Assembly: GCA_038143065.1 (NCBI GenBank)
Contig: JAYQLI010000035.1
Span: 1,536,894-1,600,893, forward strand
Length of the DNA stretch: 64,000 bases
Reading direction: 5' to 3'
DNA from: Rhodospirillales bacterium
Lineage (GTDB): Bacteria > Pseudomonadota > Alphaproteobacteria > Bin95
Position numbers and translations under genes: made by a program. The notes beneath the pieces were generated by a model. The model worked only from the letters and a program-made list of their open reading frames with translations, was not told the origin of the DNA and made no database searches. Positions within the stretch are counted from its first letter, which is position 1. The number at the start of each line of letters is the position of its first letter. Shown here piece by piece: positions 61,301 to 64,000 of this stretch.

Positions 61301-62128
61301 CTAAACGATGCCTGCTGCAACCCATTCATCTAACTTGGCCAAGCTCTCATCTCGTCCCATAGGTTCTATATTGATCACAACACGATCAATCCCTGCGTCC
61401 GCATATTGCTTCAACATTTCTGGATCTTGCTCGCCACCAAAAACAGTAATTGGAATTTGGCGCCCAGCCTCTCGCTCCATTGCCCTAAATTCAGGCAACT
61501 TTTCCAAAATATGATAGGTCGGGCGGCGCGCATGAGGAAGCCAAGCGTCGGCGTATCTTAGAGCTCGACGAGCTCCATACGGGAATGCTCCACCAAGATA
61601 AACTGGCGGTGCTCTCAACGGCTTTGGCCAAGTTTGCATTGGGCCAAAGTTGACTAATTCACCATGATATTCTGGGGTTTCATCTCGCCAAATAACGCGC
61701 ATAGCCTCAATTTTTTCCCTCATGAGCTTCATGCGAGAAGATGGATCAACACCATGATTTATCATTTCATCAGTGTTCCATCCGGCGCCTATACCAAAAA
61801 GGAAACGTCCACCAGAAATTACATCAAGCGATGCAACTGACTTTGCTGTCTGGAAGACATCCCTTTGAGGCACTAGGCAGATCCCAGTGCCTATTTTCAA
61901 AATAGAGGTCGCCCCTGCGGCAGCTGTCAAAGTTACAAATGGGTCCATCACCTGAAAATATTTTGTTGGTAGCTCGCCGCCCTGCGGCCAAGGAGAGTTT
62001 CGAGTGAGAGGAATGTGACTATGTTCAGGAGCCCATAGGCTCTCGAACCCTCGCTCTTCTAGAGCAGCAGCAAGATCAGATGGTCGAATGGAATAATCTG
62101 TGAAAAATAAAGCTACTCCAATACGCAT
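61301..62128 (-). CDS. LLM-class oxidoreductase of the F420-associated Rv2161c-like family
   Basis: FFTDY, GFESLWAPEHSHIP, DPFVTL, GTGICLVPQRD...AK.VASLD..SGGRF.FGIGAGWN.DEM, WPKP. Confidence 0.88.
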   Translation of the reverse strand: MRIGVALFFTDYSIRPSDLAAALEERGFESLWAPEHSHIPLTRNSPWPQGGELPTKYFQVMDPFVTLTAAAGATSILKIGTGICLVPQRDVFQTAKSVASLDVISGGRFLFGIGAGWNTDEMINHGVDPSSRMKLMREKIEAMRVIWRDETPEYHGELVNFGPMQTWPKPLRAPPVYLGGAFPYGARRALRYADAWLPHARRPTYHILEKLPEFRAMEREAGRQIPITVFGGEQDPEMLKQYADAGIDRVVINIEPMGRDESLAKLDEWVAAGIV

Positions 62129-62137
62129 CGGGTTATC

Positions 62138-62509
62138 TCACTTTTTTACATCTGTGGAAGAGGTAGATATTTCAATACAGCCTCTTGCCTTGGCTAGTTC
62201 ACTGAGCCTTTGATTTCGATCAACAAGCGAACGCATCTCGATTTGCTCAACATCAGAAAGATCTACCGCTAAAACCGCTGGCCAAAAAAATGCTTTACCT
62301 ACCGCCACAGCGATAGCATTTCCTGTCGCAATTTCCTTATCTATCTTTGCAAGTTTAGCCGCTTTGTCTCGATTATCCGCCATGAGCCCCGCTATTTCTG
62401 GGCATTTCAGGGTTTCATCTCCAGGCTGCGAAAGGGGCACAAGCTGCGCCTGGCGAGTTTCACATGCGACAACCATTGCCGCCAGCGCAATAATCGCGAT
62501 GATACGCAA
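62138..62509 (-). CDS. Hypothetical lipoprotein
   Basis: TTG start with AAAGG upstream; signal peptide MRIIAIIALAAMVVA-C; D.TLKC.EI, a hydrophobic AVAVG..FFWPAV segment and terminal ARGC. Confidence 0.7.
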   Translation of the reverse strand: MRIIAIIALAAMVVACETRQAQLVPLSQPGDETLKCPEIAGLMADNRDKAAKLAKIDKEIATGNAIAVAVGKAFFWPAVLAVDLSDVEQIEMRSLVDRNQRLSELAKARGCIEISTSSTDVKK

Positions 62510-62552
62510 ATTGAATACCTTTAAAAAGTCATTGGGACTACGGAATCAGCAT

Positions 62553-63113
62553 ATGCTTCCCTATCAATCAATCAAGCAAATTTCTGCTATTTTGCTCGTC
62601 GCGTTTGGAATTTCAGGTTGCGCCAAGCCTGCAAGTGTCAAACCAATGACTTCAAGCTCAAGGGCCAATGCATTATCTCCAGCTGACATTAATCTTTCTG
62701 GGGCCATATGCGTTAAGACCGTAGACGGCGGCAAGACTACTAATCCTCTTTGGGTATCAGAAGTCGACAACGCAAGTTTTCTGATTGCTTTGGAAGCTTC
62801 TCTCAAAAACAATGGACTTCTCGCGGAAAACCCCGAAACATGCAGATATGATGTTGAAGTAAACCTTCTTGGATTATCTCAGCCGTACATAAGTATCGAC
62901 GTTGAAGTCACTGCAAATGTAAATTATAGAGTGCGAAAAGCTGGCGTCGACGAACCCTACTTGCTTAAAACCATTCAAACCTCTTATACCGCCCGTTTTA
63001 CCCAAGACAAATTACTCTGGGGAACCCGACTGAAAGAAGCAAATGAAGGGTCAATTCGAAAAAATATAGGTGAATTTATAGATGCTATTTTAACTCGCCC
63101 ACCTTCATCCTGA
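62553..63113 (+). CDS. Hypothetical lipoprotein
   Basis: Start reassigned to ATG 62553; signal peptide ending lipobox ISG-C; V.GGK.TNPLWVSEV and G.RLKEANEGSIRKNI..F segments. Confidence 0.7.
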   Translation: MLPYQSIKQISAILLVAFGISGCAKPASVKPMTSSSRANALSPADINLSGAICVKTVDGGKTTNPLWVSEVDNASFLIALEASLKNNGLLAENPETCRYDVEVNLLGLSQPYISIDVEVTANVNYRVRKAGVDEPYLLKTIQTSYTARFTQDKLLWGTRLKEANEGSIRKNIGEFIDAILTRPPSS

Positions 63114-63275
63114 ACGCTCGATAAAAATAGCGCCTTTTACAAAAAATACTGCTCAAAGCAGATAGTTTCTTGGGAAAATGTCGAAGACGACCGCAGATAT
63201 CTTGTCTCACAAAAAGGTTTGAATTTTCAAAAAGGAAATTGGATCCTCTCTTCTCTCATATAAGGGAATGAAGCC

Positions 63276-64000
63276 GTGCTGATAGGTCAAATTAGTGATA
63301 GTCACATACTTCCATTCGGCGAAAAATCTCATGGCATAATTGACCCAGCTCAACGTCTCTTGGCTGCGGTTAAAGCTATGAATGCAGCCAGTCCAGATTT
63401 GGTTCTCCACACCGGCGACATAGCACACCACGGAACGCCAGAAGCCTACCGTGTTGCAAGAGAAATTTTAGCACAACTAAAGGCACCACTCTTCGCAATA
63501 CCAGGCAATCATGACGACCGCGCAAAAATGAGGGCCGCATTTTCAGATCAAAAGTGGATGCCCAGCAAGGATCAAGCGACAACCTTTATTCAATACACAA
63601 TCGATACCGGCCCGCTCAACATCATAATGCTAGATAGTTTAGTGCCTGGAGAAGTCAGTGGTGCACTATGCAAAAGCCGATTGGAATTTTTGCATACCCA
63701 ACTCAGCCGGGATAGACGACCCACAATCATTGCACTTCACCATCCCCCCATGGCTCCGGGCCTCGATGGGTTTGCAAAAGTTGGCCTTCAGGGTGCAGAC
63801 CAACTCGCTAATATATTAGAGAAGCAAGGCCAAGTAATTCGTATTTTAGCTGGTCATAACCATCGCAGTGTAGTTGGAGTTTGTGGGGGCGTTGCCACAA
63901 TTGTTGCTCCGTCCTGTGCCTTTCCATTTGCATTTAGTGCAAAGAAAGACGCAGCCCTCTCTATGGCATTTGAGCCTCCAGGAGCTGCTCTACATCTGTG
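63276..64000 (+). CDS. Calcineurin-like metallophosphoesterase (CpdA/Icc/GpdQ family), 3' truncated; absent from the ORF track
   Basis: GTG 63276 opens MLIGQISDSH.., open to the window end, with DxH, TGD, PGNHD, HHPP and GHNH motifs. Confidence 0.9.
   Translation, partial: MLIGQISDSHILPFGEKSHGIIDPAQRLLAAVKAMNAASPDLVLHTGDIAHHGTPEAYRVAREILAQLKAPLFAIPGNHDDRAKMRAAFSDQKWMPSKDQATTFIQYTIDTGPLNIIMLDSLVPGEVSGALCKSRLEFLHTQLSRDRRPTIIALHHPPMAPGLDGFAKVGLQGADQLANILEKQGQVIRILAGHNHRSVVGVCGGVATIVAPSCAFPFAFSAKKDAALSMAFEPPGAALHL

Noticed and set aside
483-63582. Numerous 60-180 aa antisense or alternative-frame ORFs in the track (for example 16491-16925, 19016-19402, 53154-53672, 60353-60901, 63207-63582)
   Set aside because: They are shadows of well-supported genes, with no recognisable motifs or ribosome-binding context.
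1-64000. CRISPR array, tandem repeat array, IS element, integrase, prophage, toxin-antitoxin or defence genes
   Set aside because: No regularly spaced repeats are visible in any intergenic gap (all under about 300 bp), and every long ORF fits a metabolic, transport or housekeeping family.

Overview
Chromosomal segment of a moderate-GC (roughly 48% by eye) alphaproteobacterium. The assignment rests on the tRNA-Leu-tig-clpP-clpX-lon and trpF-trpB-trpA-accD-folC gene orders and on RpoH-type promoters. About 62 protein genes and 2 tRNAs (Leu-TAG, Val-GAC) are densely packed. Housekeeping blocks (purF, tig-clpP-clpX-lon, rpmB, trpFBA-accD-folC) alternate with catabolic genes: a sugar-acid operon (dgoK-dgoA-2-hydroxyacid dehydrogenase-araD-like), molybdo-hydroxylase maturation genes (coxD, coxE, split xdhC/coxF, MocA fusion), a Dpp/Opp-type ABC importer, glcDE followed by a 2,4'-dihydroxyacetophenone-dioxygenase-like cupin, 3 acyl-CoA dehydrogenases, 3 family III CoA-transferases, 2 crotonases, 3 luciferase-like oxidoreductases (2 of F420-associated families), several SDRs, acr3, hupE/ureJ, TauD, VOC and two lipoproteins of unknown function. 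At least 15 apparent indels, essentially all in homopolymer runs, break 12 genes; this is most simply long-read consensus error. I found no CRISPR array, integrase, transposase, prophage, defence system or riboswitch, and no transcriptional regulator. I cannot support a claim of a wholly new biological system. The best candidates for something undescribed are the LLM-glcDE-cupin unit lacking glcF, the ABC importer divergent from an ACAD/CoA-transferase/Nudix operon, the F420-family oxidoreductases, and the divergent lipoprotein pair. All protein calls are from recognised motifs and recalled family resemblance; no database search was run.
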